Of a stretch of 64,000 nucleotides of DNA, positions 48,173 to 62,590 are shown one piece after another. The first letter of the stretch is position 1. Every line of letters begins with the position of its first letter. The position numbers and the translations under genes are program-made. This DNA is from Macrostomum lignano. Lineage: Eukaryota. The stretch covers positions 232,285 through 296,284 of the forward strand of contig NIVC01001758.1 in the NCBI GenBank assembly GCA_002269645.1, read 5' to 3'. The notes below the pieces were generated by a model. That model was not told the DNA's origin. It was given only the letters and a program-made list of their open reading frames with translations, and ran no database searches.

Positions 48173-49309
48173 TAGTGTTCTGCCGTAATTATGGCTATGG
48201 CTACGGCAAATTACGGCTACGACACTTTTGAAGCCGTATTTTCATTATGGATTACGGTTACGGACATATTTTGAGCTTACGGTTACAGTTACGGATTACG
48301 GAGATTTTTCTAGACTTGCCGTAATTGGTAGCCATAACAAAAATTATTTATTTTTAACTGTTTAGTGTTATAAAAGAAAATTTTTTATATCAAATTCAAC
48401 CAGTTTTCATTTTGTTTTACTAGTTATTATTATTTTTTACATTTGTTAACTTTCTAAATATCTACAAAACTTTTTGAAAATGAAAAACAAATTTTTTCAC
48501 GAATTTTCTCATTAGGCATACAGCATAGCATAGCATAGCGATAGCATGATAGCAGCAAGACAGAGAAAGCCAGTCAAAGCCTACAAGAGACTAAGAATCT
48601 GGCATTCTTATTTCTTAGCCATATGTAGCATTTAGCTCCTTAGCATAAAAATAGGATATTAGATTTAGATTATGATGATAAGGGTGAAAGAATATTAATA
48701 AGGAAATACTAAATAAGTACTAATACAATATGAATATGAATTATGGTTGAAAATTGATTGAAACCAAAGAAGACAATATAATAGACAATGCAATAAAAAG
48801 AAAAAGAAAAAATGTAACATGCAATTTCTTAGTCATCGGAAATTTTGAAGCAGTTTTATTTGAACAAATTCATATATTTATTTATTGATATTAAACATAC
48901 ACATTGATCTTGGCACGTCAGTCATAGATTCATATTGTAGCGAAACAACAGAATCACGACACAGAAAACTGAAAAAGGCACAAAAAACAACAAAAAACAA
49001 CAATGCTAAAGAATACTTAGATAAAGATATTATATTTATGAAAAAAATAAATGAATATTAATGCATGAACAAACAACAAGTAGGTTTTATTGCTATCCTT
49101 TTATCCTTTTTATCTGTCCTTTTCTGTCTGCCCTACTTTTCATGCAAAAATATCAATTTTTGTTATACATTACGGCTACAGTTACGGCAAATTATGGTTA
49201 CAGACTTTTTTAGCCCATAATGACGGCAAAATTCGGCTACAGAAGTTGCTTCTTTCTTACAGCTACGGTTACGGTTATGGAGGTCAAAACTCGCGGCGGC
49301 GGAACACTA
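48173..49309. mobile_element. hAT-like non-autonomous DNA transposon
   Basis: TIR TAGTGTTCTGCC / GGCGGAACACTA, perfect 8-bp TSD GCAGCAAG (48165-48172, 49310-49317), subterminal ACGG(C/T)T hexamer arrays, AT-rich interior. Confidence 0.85.
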
Positions 49310-49899
49310 GCAGCAAGAGTGCAGAAAAGACTGCTTGTCTACCACCTAGCTGACATTGTAGGTGGTAGCCTAGATGTCTTTAAAGAAGGGGCTGCAATGG
49401 GGATCGACGCTACGTGCTAAGTCTCCTTCAAAGTACACCTGGGCAACCTTCTTCAGCAGGCATTTGCAGTCCACTGCCAACCAGTGGCAGCACCTACCAC
49501 AGTTTTGTCCACCCTTGGAGTGTGGCATTTGTCTGGCCACTATGTTTCTGCTAGGAGCACATCGTGGAATAGAAGGACTCTACCACAACCTCTATAAAAT
49601 GATGTGGGAGGCAATTAGGAGGAAAATGTATATAGGGCATAGTGCCAAACCAAAAACCTATTTGGTATGTAAGTCTACCATGTAGCTTTGGGAGCATTTG
49701 AAGTAGAAACATTGACAATTTTTCAAGTTATTTGACCTACCGCTGCTATCCCAATGGAGCAAGAAGTTGAGGAGCCAACATCCATTTCAGCCGATGCCGC
49801 TGTAAAAGTGCAGGTCGCTATATGCTGAGGCATACACAGCAGCCTCATTGAGCTTTGTCACTACCTGGCTGCCAGACTGCATCTTTACCTCAAGGTATA

Positions 49900-50256
49900 G
49901 ACCAAGGTTGCAGCTCAACCATACATGCCCAATCTCAAAATTTCACCATCCGGTGCAACCTAGTTTTGTCTAGATTTGCAACTTAGTTCCTCTCGATTGC
50001 AACTTAGTTCCCCCAATTGTGACTTAATTTTCACTTTGTATATGACCTTTTCTCTTTTCTTCTCTTTCTCTTTCTCTCTTCTCTTTTCCCTCTTTTTCTT
50101 CTCCCTCTTTTCTTTTTCATTTCTCTTCTCCTTTCTTCTCCCAAATTTTCATTTTTTCATTTTTGATTTTGCAACTTACCTTGACTGGCAGCCATTTCAC
50201 CCGCCTGGTTTGGACAGGTTGGATAAGTATTGGGCATGTATGAGCTCAACCTAGGT
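49900..50256. mobile_element. Small MITE-like element
   Basis: Imperfect terminal inverted repeats AGACC.AGGTTG..AGCTC..ATACATGCCCAAT; CT-rich interior. Confidence 0.5.
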
Positions 50257-51256
50257 CTTTCAACAACTGTCATTGCAATGATGGCACCATTCACTGGTGG
50301 TGACAGCCAGTCATCCTGCCAATCCTGGATTGCATGACCTCATGAATGGCACACACATACTTCTCCAAGTACCTGCTGCAAATGGGTTTAAAAAATTGCA
50401 TTAGAATTTAAAAATTTCACAAGATGAGTACTCACATTTTTTTCTAGTGACCCAAGTACTTGCAAGCTGCAGCCACATGCACCCTTCTTGTCATGTCCAA
50501 GAGGTGTCCTGCAATCTTGTTGTGGAACTTGCTAAACTTGTTCTTATCATTGGACAAGTTCTGCAGTTTCTTAGCCATCAAGAGCCACCTGGTGGCCAGG
50601 GTGCCCTTGCCTCTTGGATTGCTATGAATGGGTGAAGAATTGCAAGTGCCTTTGTGAAATAGTGAGTGAAAATTAAACTTTTGGTTAGAATCATTGAACA
50701 AGCAAATAAAAATATCTCTCTATACATGTTAGAATATGAAATGATAAACTCATAATACACAGTGGATGTCTGCAATGAATCACTTTCCCTTCAATGGCCA
50801 GGCCTGTTGAGCAAGCAAAAAGCATATCATGCAGTAAATGAGGTAATCTGCTCCACAAGGTGCCATAGCTAGGTGCTTATGCTCCAGTAACTTGGCCATA
50901 TTTCTTGCTCTTAACACTGTCTTATGACTGCAATCAACTAGCAGCAGTGCAGACTGGTTGGCTAACGTCCAGACTATTTCTATTAGATTGGCTAACTGCT
51001 GATTGATGGCTCATAGTTTGTCCTTCACAAAGCCTTCATTCAGTGCTAAGGCTGGAGGTTCATTGGATACATCAGTTTGTTGCTTGAGGTCCATCATGGC
51101 TAGCGTGATGAGAGTCAAGGATGCAGCCTTGCTGATGCCACTAGAGCTGCAAGATGTGAGCTTGACTAAAGCCAAGGCTAGGAACTAGTTGCCCCACAAC
51201 CTCCGCTGCACTTGTTGACAGGCTAGAGGCCTGGGCTGGGTCAGGGCCAGGCTGCA

Positions 51257-51480
51257 TCGGTTGGCTGGCTAGGAGCTGCCTTGGCTGACTGGCTAGGAGC
51301 TGCCTTGGCTGACTGGCTAGGAGCTGCCTTGGCTGACTGGCTAGGAGCTGCCTTGGCTGACTGTCTAGGAGCTGCCTTGGCTGACTGGCTAGGAGCTGCC
51401 TTGGCTGATTGGCTAGGAGCTGCCTTGGCTGACTGGCTAGGAGCTGTCTTGGCTGACTGGCTAGGAGCTGCCTTGGTTGA
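51257..51480. repeat. Minisatellite, 24-bp unit (~9 copies)
   Basis: GGCTAGGAGCTGCCTTGGCTGACT repeats inside decayed coding-like sequence. Confidence 0.95.
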
Positions 51481-53469
51481 CTAGTCAATGGTCTCAACTG
51501 ATTGTCCAAAATGGTAAGTTCCTTGCATAAAATCAAAGCTTTCACACCTGCAGAAGCCCTGGAGGTAAGGGTGATCTTCTTATGCAAACTTGGGAGGCCT
51601 TGCTCCTTGGCCTTCATGCCAGGTGTTGCAATGACCCTTGAGTCATATGGCAGTTGCGCTTAGGCTGCCCACCTAGGCAGTTAAGGCAATAGTGAGGATC
51701 TGCTGGTGGTGGGTTCCTAACAGTGGTAGATTGGCCATCTTGGCATTGGCCCATTCCTTTCTAGATCCAAGTCCAACCTTGGCTGGCCTGCATAGGCTGA
51801 CTCAGACTGGCCTTAGCCATTAGGACAGATAATGCTATGAAGTGAATGGTTGAAATTAAGGGATAAATTGAAATTGAAAAAAAATAAGGAACTTGTATAC
51901 TCAGTAATATGAATCTGATTGAATGTAAAAACAAATTCAATGAATATAAATAAATATACATATATAACAACAAATAGTATATGTATATCATTAATATCAA
52001 TCAATGTTACATTTACATATTTAAACCTATATTACATAATATTATATAATTTGATAATTATATAATTATATAATTTTAAAATTAATTTAGAAAATTAATT
52101 ATATAATTTTCTTATGGCAAGCTATGCACATCAGCCTTAAAATCGCATCCTGATTTTACAAAATAAGCATCCTAAAATTCTACCCTGAAATGCAATTTTC
52201 CATTCCATTTTTATAGAAAATACCAGAAACTAAGCTTAATACAATGTAGTACAATATAGTAAAGTAGCAAATAGAAATAGGTGATTATTAAACTAGGAAT
52301 AAAAATGGAGAATAGAAATGGTCAATTTATACTTGTAGGAAAAAGATGAATGTAAATTGAGAGATGATTTTAACAAGGGATTTAAAATGCAAAAAGAAAC
52401 CATAATAAACAAGGTAAGCCAAGCAAGCCTAGGATACTTCAGCTTGCATTAATAATTCACACAAGACATGCTTTCAAATGAAACAAAAAAGAAATTTACT
52501 TTAACAAAATACTATTGTTTGTATTTATTATATAATGCCTTATAAATGCCTTGAAATTGTACTGCATCAGGCAAAAAAGTGTTTCCTTATTGCAGATGTA
52601 CAAAAAGATGACTATGTACATTATACTATTATTGTGAGACATTCAGTTTAAAATAAAAAAAATATTGTCATTTATGCCAAAACTGTTGCACGTGGCATGT
52701 GCCAAAAAAGTTTCAACCTCTTGGCTGCACACTGTTCACATAGCGCATGGCTGCCTGGGACCTTGTTGCATGCGAGAATTTTCCCCACAAAACAGCATTT
52801 TCAGGAGTATGGGTTGCTATTGCTTTTTCTTGCAACTATCAAAAAGCTTAGCAAACTTTTTAGATAGTATTTGGATGTTTTTGCCTATTTTATCTCAATA
52901 ATAGCTTTCAGTGTGCTTAAACTCTATTAGGTAATAGTGTTTGCATGGGATTTTAAATGTCTAAATGCTATAATTGAGTAGGTTTGCATTTAGGCTATTA
53001 GGTAGCCATATCTCCTTTAGCCAAAAAAGGAATTCTAGTATCTTAGAAGGACTAGATAGTCTTTTGAGTTGTGTGCAAGAGCAATGTCCTGCCAAAAGAG
53101 AACATTTCTATTTAGTAATAGACCATTATTGCCATGGTAAAATGTTCTCTTTCAGTGCCTTGATATACAGTATTAGCTATGACAATAATGATTTGAGCCT
53201 TTTATTTGTCATTGGCATTATATATTATATTTTGTTATAAGCATTATACTCTGGAGACAAAGGCATACAAAAGTACTATAGACAAGGATTTTTCCTCAGT
53301 TTAGACACTAGCAAATAGTAAGTAGAATAAAGTTTTTGATGTCTCTGTTGTCAGGGTGATAGAAATTAAAGTTTATATACAGGGGATTATAATTTTATAC
53401 TAATTTTTTTATTTAACATCATACTTTGACTCTGCAGAGACTCTAATTTTTAAAAAAAGAAGCCAAACA

Positions 53470-56400
53470 ATGATTGAAGAGCACTCATTTGGCCCAGTTC
53501 CAATCACTTGTCACAGCTTTAATAAAGACTGCAGCCAATTGGCCCTGTCGCTCAATTCCAACACTGTGGACATCTATAAAAAATCTGGCCAAAAATGGGA
53601 GAAGCTCCAGTCACTGGAGGAGCACAGCGAACGGGTCACCAGCATCGACTGGGCCGCCAATACTGACCGCATTGTCACGGCCAGTGCCGATAGGAATGCC
53701 CACGTCTGGACTCGCGATTCCACTGGCCAATTTCGGCCAACCCTGGTGCTGCTACGAATTGATCGGGCCGCTACAGTGGTTAAATGGTCGCCATTAGAGA
53801 ATAAATTTGCTGTTGGCAGCGGCGCTAAACTGGTGTCCGTGTGCCACTTTGAACCTGTGAGTAGCTCTTTATTACTGATTTCATTTTAGGATTACAGGAA
53901 TTCCCTTTGATTTCTGTAGGATTCCAAGAATCCCCTTTTATCTCTGTAAGATTCCAGGAATTCCCTTTTATCTCTGTAGGATTCCAAGAATCCCCTTTTA
54001 TCTCTGTAGGATTCTAGGAATTCCCTTTTATCTCTATAGAGGATTCCAGGAATCCCCTTTTATCTCTGTGGATTCCAGGAATCCCCTTTTATCTCTGTAG
54101 GATTCCAGGAATCCCCCTTTATCTCTGTAGGATTCCAGGAATCCCATTTTATCTCTGTAGGATTCCAGGAATCCCATTTTATCTCTGTAGGATTCCAGGA
54201 ATCCCATTTTATCTCTGTAGGATTCCAGGAATCCCCTTTTATCTCTGTAGGATTCCAGGAATCCCCTTTTATCTCTGTAGTATTCCAGGAATCCCCTTTT
54301 ATCTCTGAAGGCTTCCAGGAATCTCCTTTTATCTCTGTAGCATTCTAGGAATTCCCTTTTATCTCTATAGAGGATTCCAGGAATCCCCTTTTATCTCTGT
54401 GGGATTCCAGGAATACCTTTTTTATCTTTATATAGGATTCCAGGAATCCCCAAAGGTTATATCTCTTTGGGATTCCAGGAATCCCCTTTATCTCTGTAGG
54501 ATTCCAGGAATCCCCTTTTATCTCTGTAGGATTCCAGGAATCCCCTTTTATCTCTGTAGCATTCTAGAAATCCCATTTTATCTCTGTAGGATTCCAGGAA
54601 TACCTTTTTTATCTTTATATAGGATTCCAGGAATCCCCAAAGGTTATATCTCTTTGGGATTCCAGGAATCCCCTTTTATCTCTGTAGGATTCCAGGAATC
54701 CCCTTTTATCTCTGTAGGATTCCAGGAATGCCTTTTTATCTTTATATAGAATTCCAGGAATCCCCTTTTATCTGTGTAGGATTCCAGGAATCGCCTTTTC
54801 TCTGTAGCATTCCAGGAATCCTCTTTTATTAGGATCCTCCTTTATATCTACGTTGGATTCCCTTTCATCCCTGTGTCTGTTTAAGTTTTTTACAATCCAA
54901 CAGTTGAATAGTGATGCTTTATACTACTTACCTGATCTACTAATTTGATCTACTAATTAGCACTTAACATCTGACCTTCAGGAGCACAACTGGTGGGTGT
55001 GCAAGCAGATCAAAAAGCCGTTCAAGTCTACTGTGACCTGCCTAGCCTGGCACCCGAACAATTGCCTATTGGCCGTAGGGGCCACCGATTTCAAAGCTAG
55101 AATTGTTAGCGCCTATCTAAAAGAGGCCGACGAGAAACCGGCCGCCACCTGCTGGGGCGGCAACATGAAATTTAGCAACGTTATGGCCGAGTACACCAAC
55201 GGAGGCAGTGAGTTGCTGAGGGTTATTTTCTATTGTTTTTTTAAATGCGCCAATGGTCATCTTAAGCAGTTGAATTAAGTGGGTAACCTTACGACATCTG
55301 TATAGATCATTGAAGGGGTATTATCACACTGGAGGTAACGCCACTATTCCTGGCGAGGGGTATTTTCCCTAAGGGATCCTGAGGGGAGAGAGTATCAATC
55401 CTAAGGGGAGGGGTATCGATCCTGAGGAGAGGGGTATCGATCCTGAGGAGAGGGGTATCGATCCTGAGGGGAGGGGTATCGACCCTAAGAGGAAGGGTAT
55501 CGACCCTGAGAGGAAGGGTATCGATCCTCAGGGGAAGGGTATCGATCCTGAGAGGAAGGTTATCGATCCTGAGGGGAAGGGTATCGATCCTGAGGGAAGG
55601 GTATTGACCCGAGGGAAGGAGGGTATTGACCCGAATGAAGGCGGGTATTTATCCGGTAGACTAGGTATCGAATCTCAGAACGAGCGGTTGACTTGTGTCT
55701 ATCGAACTAGAATTATTTTGCATTTTTGACAGCTTTAATTGCTAGTGTGCCAACTCGTACTCAGGACAACAATTTAAGCCGTTTCTAAACTTGCCAAAAT
55801 GACTTGGGAAATCTTAAATAATATTTTTTAATAAAACGTTGACATCCTTACCTGTTTAGACTCAGATACTTATCGCGGTAAGTTAAATAACACAATTTTT
55901 ATTTCCTTGCCTATTAAAACGTGTTGTGTTTTTAAAAAGGTGTAAATTATTATTAGTTATTATTGCTGTGCGAATCCCCTCTTGGACTATTGAGCCCGTG
56001 TACGGTTAGTGAATGTTGTCTTTTTATAAGCATCTAAACGGTGTCCGCTTGCTCGGTTCTTGCATTACCGTAGCATCGGTCTATTTTAACCTGTTCCTTA
56101 CCAGCCTTTTCTAGTACTTAGATTTTTAGATTTTTGAAAATCGACAATCACCTCTGCATGCGACTGATGTGTTGTTCATACAGTTGACGTATTGCCACCC
56201 CTATATGAAATTATGAAACTGCTGTTTTTATACCTGTCTTCTAATTAGTGTGTTGTTCCTTGCACTGAAGGACTGGAGGGTTTAGCCCAGGCAAAGAAAA
56301 ATACTAAATAATAGAAAAATACTGATAGACCAGACAGGATAGATACTGATAGACCAGGCAGGATAGATATTGATAGACCAGCCAGGATAGACACTAATAG

Positions 56401-58182
56401 ACCAGATAGAATCAAGATATTGATAGCACAGATACTCGTAGAAAAGACACGAATAGACTAGATAGAATAGATATTGATAGACCAGCTAGAATGGCCACTG
56501 AGTAACACTAAAGTATTCTGCTTTCATTGTGCTGAATTCTTGAAGCTCTATCATTTTCGCAGGAAACTAGAAATCCATTTGAGCGAATCCTGGGAGACTA
56601 AAAAAGGCATTTATGACGGTGTTGCCTGCTATTTTGTTAAGTTTTCTAGACAGATTTCCTTAATAGAAAAAACCGTTTTCCGCCCACTCAAGGCGGTTGG
56701 ATCCGTGACGTTGCTTTCAATGGGGACGGCAGCTTGATGGCCTGGGTGTCGCACGATTCTTCCGTGTCCGTTGCCAATGGCTCGACTCAAACCTTGGCCG
56801 TGCTCCGTTTCGCTATGCTGCCAATGCTGACCTGCTGCTGGCTTAGCGACACGGCCCTGGTGGCCGCCGGACACGACTGCTACCCGGTGGTGTTCCGCTA
56901 CGAGGCCGGCTCAGCCAGTCTGTCCATCGCCGGCCAGCTCAACATGTCGGCCGATCAGTCTGGCGGCTCGACCAAAATGACGGCTAAGACTATGTTCGGC
57001 AATATGGACCGGATGGCCACGGAGGATAGTGTTGAGAAATTGACCACCGTTCATCAGAACTCTATCAAGTAAGGGCTTGGCTAAGGAATTGAAGTCATAT
57101 ACTCTTCTCTCAGCTTTTATTCTCCATTCTCCCTCTGCCTTTACACTCTTGCACTCTCCTTTATCTTGAAATTTCCTTTCCCAATCTCCATCTGTTTTGT
57201 CATCTGTTTCTCCTCTCTTCGCGTTCTTGCTATTACTGACCAACTGACTCATTGACAATGACTAATTCACTGACTCACTGACTGACTTTATGACTCACTC
57301 TCTTCATTGACTGACTGACTCACTAACTGACATAGACTGATTAACACACACTCACTCACTGACACCATTCACTCACTCACTCTCACTCACTCAGTCACTC
57401 ACTGACTCACTCATTCACTCACTCACTCTCACTCACTCAGTCACTCACTGACTCACTCATTCACTCACTCAATCACTCACTCACTCACTCACTCACTCAC
57501 TCACTCACTCACTCACTCACTCACTCACTCACTCACTCACTTACTCACTCACTCACTCACTCACTCACTCGCTCACTCACTCACTCACTCGCTCGCTCAC
57601 TCACTCACTCGCTCACTCACTCACTCACTCACACACACACACACTCACTCACTCACTCACTCACTCAATCACTCACTCACTCGCTCACTCGCTCACTCGC
57701 TCACTCACTCACTCACTCGCTCGCTCACTCACTCACTCGCTCGCTCACTCACTCACTCGCTCACTCACTCACTCACTCACACACACACACACACTCACTC
57801 ACTCACTCACTCACTCAATCACTCACTCGCTCACTCGCTCACTCGCTCACTCACTCACTCACTCACTCGCTCGCTCGCTCACTCACTCACTCACTCACAC
57901 ACACACACACACACTCACTCACTCACTCACTCACTCAATCACTCACTCACTCGCTCACTCGCTCACTCGCTCACTCACTCACTCACTCGCTCGCTCACTC
58001 ATTCGCTCACTCACTCACTCACTTACCCACTCATTCACCAACCGTCACCCCGCAGCCAACTGGCCGTGATTGTAAGCGACGCCAGCCGTGTTCGCCGATT
58101 CAGCACCGTGGGAGTTGACGGCCGCCTGGTCGTGTGGGACACTGACACCATCGAGCAGAAGGTGGCCAACCTGCGCATCTGA
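53470..58182 (+). CDS. ARPC1: Actin-related protein 2/3 complex subunit 1 (p41-Arc, WD40)
   Basis: Exons 53470-53856, 54982-55207, 56693-57068, 58056-58182 join in frame: [14 protein letters not shown]...[91 protein letters not shown]. Confidence 0.95.
53887..54830. repeat. Intronic minisatellite, ~30-bp unit with internal palindrome
   Basis: GGATTCC-A-GGAATCC-CCTTTTATCTCTGTA repeats fill ARPC1 intron 1. Confidence 0.97.
55375..55650. repeat. Intronic minisatellite, ~22-bp unit
   Basis: GTATCGATCCTGAGG(A/G)GAGGG repeats in ARPC1 intron 2. Confidence 0.9.
57240..58040. repeat. (ACTC)n / (GCTC)n / (AC)n compound microsatellite
   Basis: Fills ARPC1 intron 3 up to ~15 nt from the acceptor. Confidence 0.97.
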
Positions 58183-59039
58183 TTATTGAATCTGACTGGT
58201 TTTGTCTGCTAGCGATTCACTCATTCATTAACGGACAGGATTTCTTTAAATGAAGTCTTTTCCCTTTCGTATTCCAGACTGCAAGAAAGGCATTAGGAAC
58301 AGAATATCCCGGATTAAAACTCCCATATCCCAGAGGCTTGGCTTCTCCTGTGTGTTTTATTTATATTGCTACTGTGCTACTTCCAGTAGGCTTTATATTT
58401 TCAGTATAATATTCAATAAGAAAAATATTAGTAATAATTAATCAAGAAATTATTTGTACGCAACAGTTGCCAAATTCAATTAACAATATCTGTGCATACC
58501 ATAATAATAACAATAAAAATGTAATCGGAGTAACCTTATTAAGGAATTAACAATAAAAGTTTTTTGTTTAGTACGAACTTTACCCAAATCGTTTCGATGC
58601 TGTTATTTAAAAACTATCTTAATTTAATCTTAATTAGCGAAGACAGTTAATGAGAATTGTGTACTCTCGATGAAGCGGTGTCTCATTATGTTATTAATTT
58701 TTATCGAGCTGATACAATCTGCAGATCGAACATGTTGCGATGTTGAGAAATATGAAACATTTCTGATTGTCTCTATGCTTATAGAGCTTTTTATAATTAT
58801 GTCTTTGTTATGCTGCGAATCTTTGTTGGCTCGTCGTTTTTTTTAAACGCTTACTGATTGATTGATTGATTGTGTACTACTCAATCCACATTACAATATT
58901 CATGCACATTTATTTGAAATAAAACTGCTAAACTTCTATAATAGGCCCTTGCATGGCTCGTTTTTAAATAATACGTTTCTAGTTTCTTGCATGCAGAGTT
59001 CACATGCTTATCTCATAATCTTAGAGTGACTTGGAGTGA

Positions 59040-60115
59040 TAGAACTGATGGGGTTCAATCTTAGAACTGATGGGGTTCAATCTTAGAACTGATGGGGGTC
59101 AATCTTAGAACTGAGGGGGTCAATCTTAGAACTGATGGGGGTCAATCTTAGAACTGAGGGGTCAATCTTAGAACTGAATGGTCAATCTTAGAACTGAGGG
59201 GTCAATCTTAGAACTGAGGGGGTCAATCTAAGAACTGAGGGGGTCAATCTTAGAACTGGGGTGGTCAATCTTAGAACTGAATGGTCAATCTTAGAACTGA
59301 AGGGGTCAATCTTAGAACTGAAGGGTCAATATTAGAACTGAAGGGTCAATCTTAGAACTGAGGGGGTCAATCTTAGAACTGATGGGGGTCAATCTTAGAA
59401 CTGATGGGGTTCAATCTTAGAACTGATGGGGGTCAATCTTAGAACTGAGGGGGTCAATCTTAGAACTGAAGGGTCAATCTTAGAACTGAGGGGGTCAATC
59501 TTAGAACTGAGGGGGTCAATCTTAGAACTGAAGGGTCAATCTTAGAACTGAGGGGGTCAATCTTAGAACTGAGGGGGTCAATCTTAGAACTGAGGGGGTC
59601 AATCTTAGAACTGAAGGGTCAATCTTAGAACTGAGGGGTCAATCTTAGAACTGAAGGGTCAATCTTAGAACTGAGGGGTCAATCTTAGAACTGAGGGGGT
59701 CAATCTAAGAACTGAGGGGGTCAATCTTAGAACTGAAGGGTCAATCTTAGAACTGAAGGGTCACTCTTAGAACTGAAGGGGTCAATCTTAGAACTGAAGG
59801 GTCAATATTAGAACTGAGGGGTCAATCTTAGAACTGAAGGGTCAATCTTAGAACTGAGGGGTCAATCTTAGAACTGAGGGGGTCAATCTAAGAACTGAGG
59901 GGGTCAATCTTAGAACTGGGGGGGTCAATCTAAGAACTGAGGGGGTCAATCTTAGAACTGAGGGGGTCAATCTTAGAACTGAAGGAGTCAATCTTAGAAC
60001 TGAAGGGGTCAATTTTAGAACTGAGGGGGTCAATCTTAGAACTGAAGGATCAATCTTAGAACTGAGGGGTCAATCTTAGAACTGAGGGGTCAATCTTAGA
60101 ACTGAGGGGTGGGGG
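59040..60115. repeat. Intergenic minisatellite, 20-22-bp unit
   Basis: GGGGGTCAATCTTAGAACTGA repeats between ARPC1 and the DnaJ gene. Confidence 0.97.
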
Positions 60116-60155
60116 TCAGGGGTCCATGTAAGCCTTCAAAACAGCAAGTTGACAA

Positions 60156-60724
60156 ATGTTACAGCACAAATTGACAGCTTTTGTTTTTGTTGGGCGCCGC
60201 GCCGCCTCGGCGCCACCTAGTCGTTGCATCTGGCGCTGGCAGCATGGGGCGTCGTCAAAGAATCATTACCAGACACTGGGCCTGAGTCATAACGCTACTG
60301 ATAAAGAAATTCGCGAAGCGTTTATTCAACAATCAAAACTGTGGCATCCGGATTCGAATTCGGCCAGTACGGACTCGCACGAGCAGTTTGTTAAAATTAA
60401 CGAAGCCTATAGCGTATTGAGCAAACCGGACAGTCGAAGGACCTACGATCGTCAGCTTGGGCTTGGAGGCTTCGGCGGACCGTCTAGCGATCCGGCCTTC
60501 AGCTCGCACAGGCATTATGATTATCATCAGGGCAGGCAGCAGTCCGAACGGGACAGGTTCTACCGCTTCTACTGGGAGGAGGCGGCCGCTCAGGCTAGGC
60601 GGTCTGGCGAGGGCCCGTTCCCGACTCAGGAGGAGTACGAGAGAATGGCCAATAGGGTGCACAGGAGCTATCAGAGACAGCACCGGCAGCAAGTGAGCGC
60701 CTGTGATGACTTGCTCTCTCTGTC

Positions 60725-60773
<49 letters not shown>

Positions 60774-60816
60774 GTCTTAGTTTCTGTCTTTCTGTCTGTC
60801 TGTCTGTCTGTCTTAG

Positions 60817-60879
<63 letters not shown>

Positions 60880-60896
60880 GTCTTAGTTTCTGTCTT

Positions 60897-60931
<35 letters not shown>

Positions 60932-60934
60932 TAG

Positions 60935-61019
<85 letters not shown>

Positions 61020-61028
61020 TAGTGTCTC

Positions 61029-61063
<35 letters not shown>

Positions 61064-61629
61064 TAGTGTCTGTCTGTCTGTCTGTGTCTGCCTGTCTGTC
61101 TGCTACATCAATTATCAGTTTTCTAAAGCCCAGAGCCGAGCCTTTAGTGTCTCCCTAAATATAGTGTACACTGTACATAACACCTTTCTGTTTTTTTTCA
61201 TATCACATTAACTCTTAGTTCGACCGATCATCAAATATAAAAAATGTTTTTATCTAAACATATTTTTAGGCAACAGATCAAGCTTTCTTAATTATGTCTG
61301 CTTTACTCTTTGAAGTAGGGCACGTAAATTCCATGTGTTGCATTAATTTTACAAATCCTTGAATCCCTATCCAGACGGCGAAGGGCGGCGGCGACGGCGA
61401 CGGCGAGAGCTACTCCGATTGGCGTCGTCGGATGTCTGCTGAAGACGAAATTTTCGCCCAACAGTTGCGTGAAATTCGATTCAGACAATACATGCGGTAC
61501 CGTCAGGCTCGCTACGCCAGGTCGAATCCGATGACAACTCAGCAGGAGGCTGAACTGCGGGTTAGAACAGTTCGATTCACTGTTCTATTTCTGGGACTGC
61601 TGATGTTGCTTTCTTCTGCGAACATATGA
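60156..61629 (+). CDS. J-domain protein, DNAJC4/DnaJ-60-like (probably mitochondrial, C-terminal TM)
   Basis: Exons 60156-60692 and 61375-61629 (phase 0). Basic N-terminal extension, J domain NHYQTLGL...EIREAFIQQSKLWHPD...FVKINEAYSVLSKPDSRRTYD, hydrophobic C-terminus FTVLFLGLLMLLS. Confidence 0.85.
60712..61100. repeat. (TCTG)n microsatellite
   Basis: Intronic run producing the spurious 'VCLS' ORF tail. Confidence 0.97.
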
Positions 61630-61654
61630 TTTTATTGATTATTGATGTTTGTTG

Positions 61655-62590
61655 GGATCCGGGATGCTGGATTCGGATCCGGGATGCTGGATTCGGATCC
61701 GGGATGCTGGATTGGGATCTGAGATGTTGGATTGGGATCTGGGATGTTGTGTTGGGATATAAGATTCTGCATTGGGATATGGGATTCTGGATTGGGATCT
61801 GAGATGCTGGATTGGGATCTGGGATGCTATATTGGGATCTGAGATGTTGAATTGGGATCTGGGATGTTGTGTTGGGATATAGGATTCTGCATTGGGATAT
61901 GGGATTCTGGATTGGGATCTGAGATGCTTGATTGGGATCTGGGATGCTGGATTGGGATCTGAGATGTTGAATTGGGATCTGGGATGTTGTGTTGGGATAT
62001 AGGATTCTGCATTGGGATATGGGATTCTGGATTGGGATCTGAGATGCTTGATTGGGATCTGGGATGCTGAATTGGGATCTGAGATGTTGGATTGGGATCT
62101 GGGATGTTTTTTTGGGATATAGGATTCTGCATTAGGATATGGGATTCAGGATTGGGGTATGGGATTCTGGATTGGGATATGGGATTCTGGATTGGGATAT
62201 GGGATTCTGGATTAGGATATGGGATTCTGGATTGGGATCATGGATTCTGGATTGGGATCACGGATTCTGGATTGGGATCACGGATTCTGGATTGGAATCT
62301 GGCATTCTGGATTGGAATCACGGATTCTGGATTGGGATCATGGATTCTGGATTAGGATCACGGATTCTGGGTTGGGATCAAGGATTCTGGATTGGTATCA
62401 CGGATTCTGGATTGGGATCACGGATTCTGGATTGGAATCACGGATTCTGGATTGGGATCACGGATTCTGGATTGGAATCATGGATTCTGGATTGAGATCA
62501 TGGATTCTGGATTAGGTGGATTAGGATCACGGATTCTGGGTTGGGATCACGGATTCTGGATTGGGATCATGGATTCTGGGTTGGAATCTG
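61655..62590. repeat. Minisatellite, 20-bp unit with a 120-bp higher-order period in its first half
   Basis: GGGAT(G/T)CTGGATTGGGATC variants; begins ~25 nt after the DnaJ stop codon. Confidence 0.95.

Noticed and set aside
342-58055. Minor-spliceosome (U12) introns
   Set aside because: All inferred donors are GT-type U2-like; no (G/A)TATCCT donor was seen.
60693-61158. Long hydrophobic C-terminus (VCLS)n of the J-protein ORF
   Set aside because: Intronic (TCTG)n after a GTGAGC donor; the real exon 2 starts at 61375.
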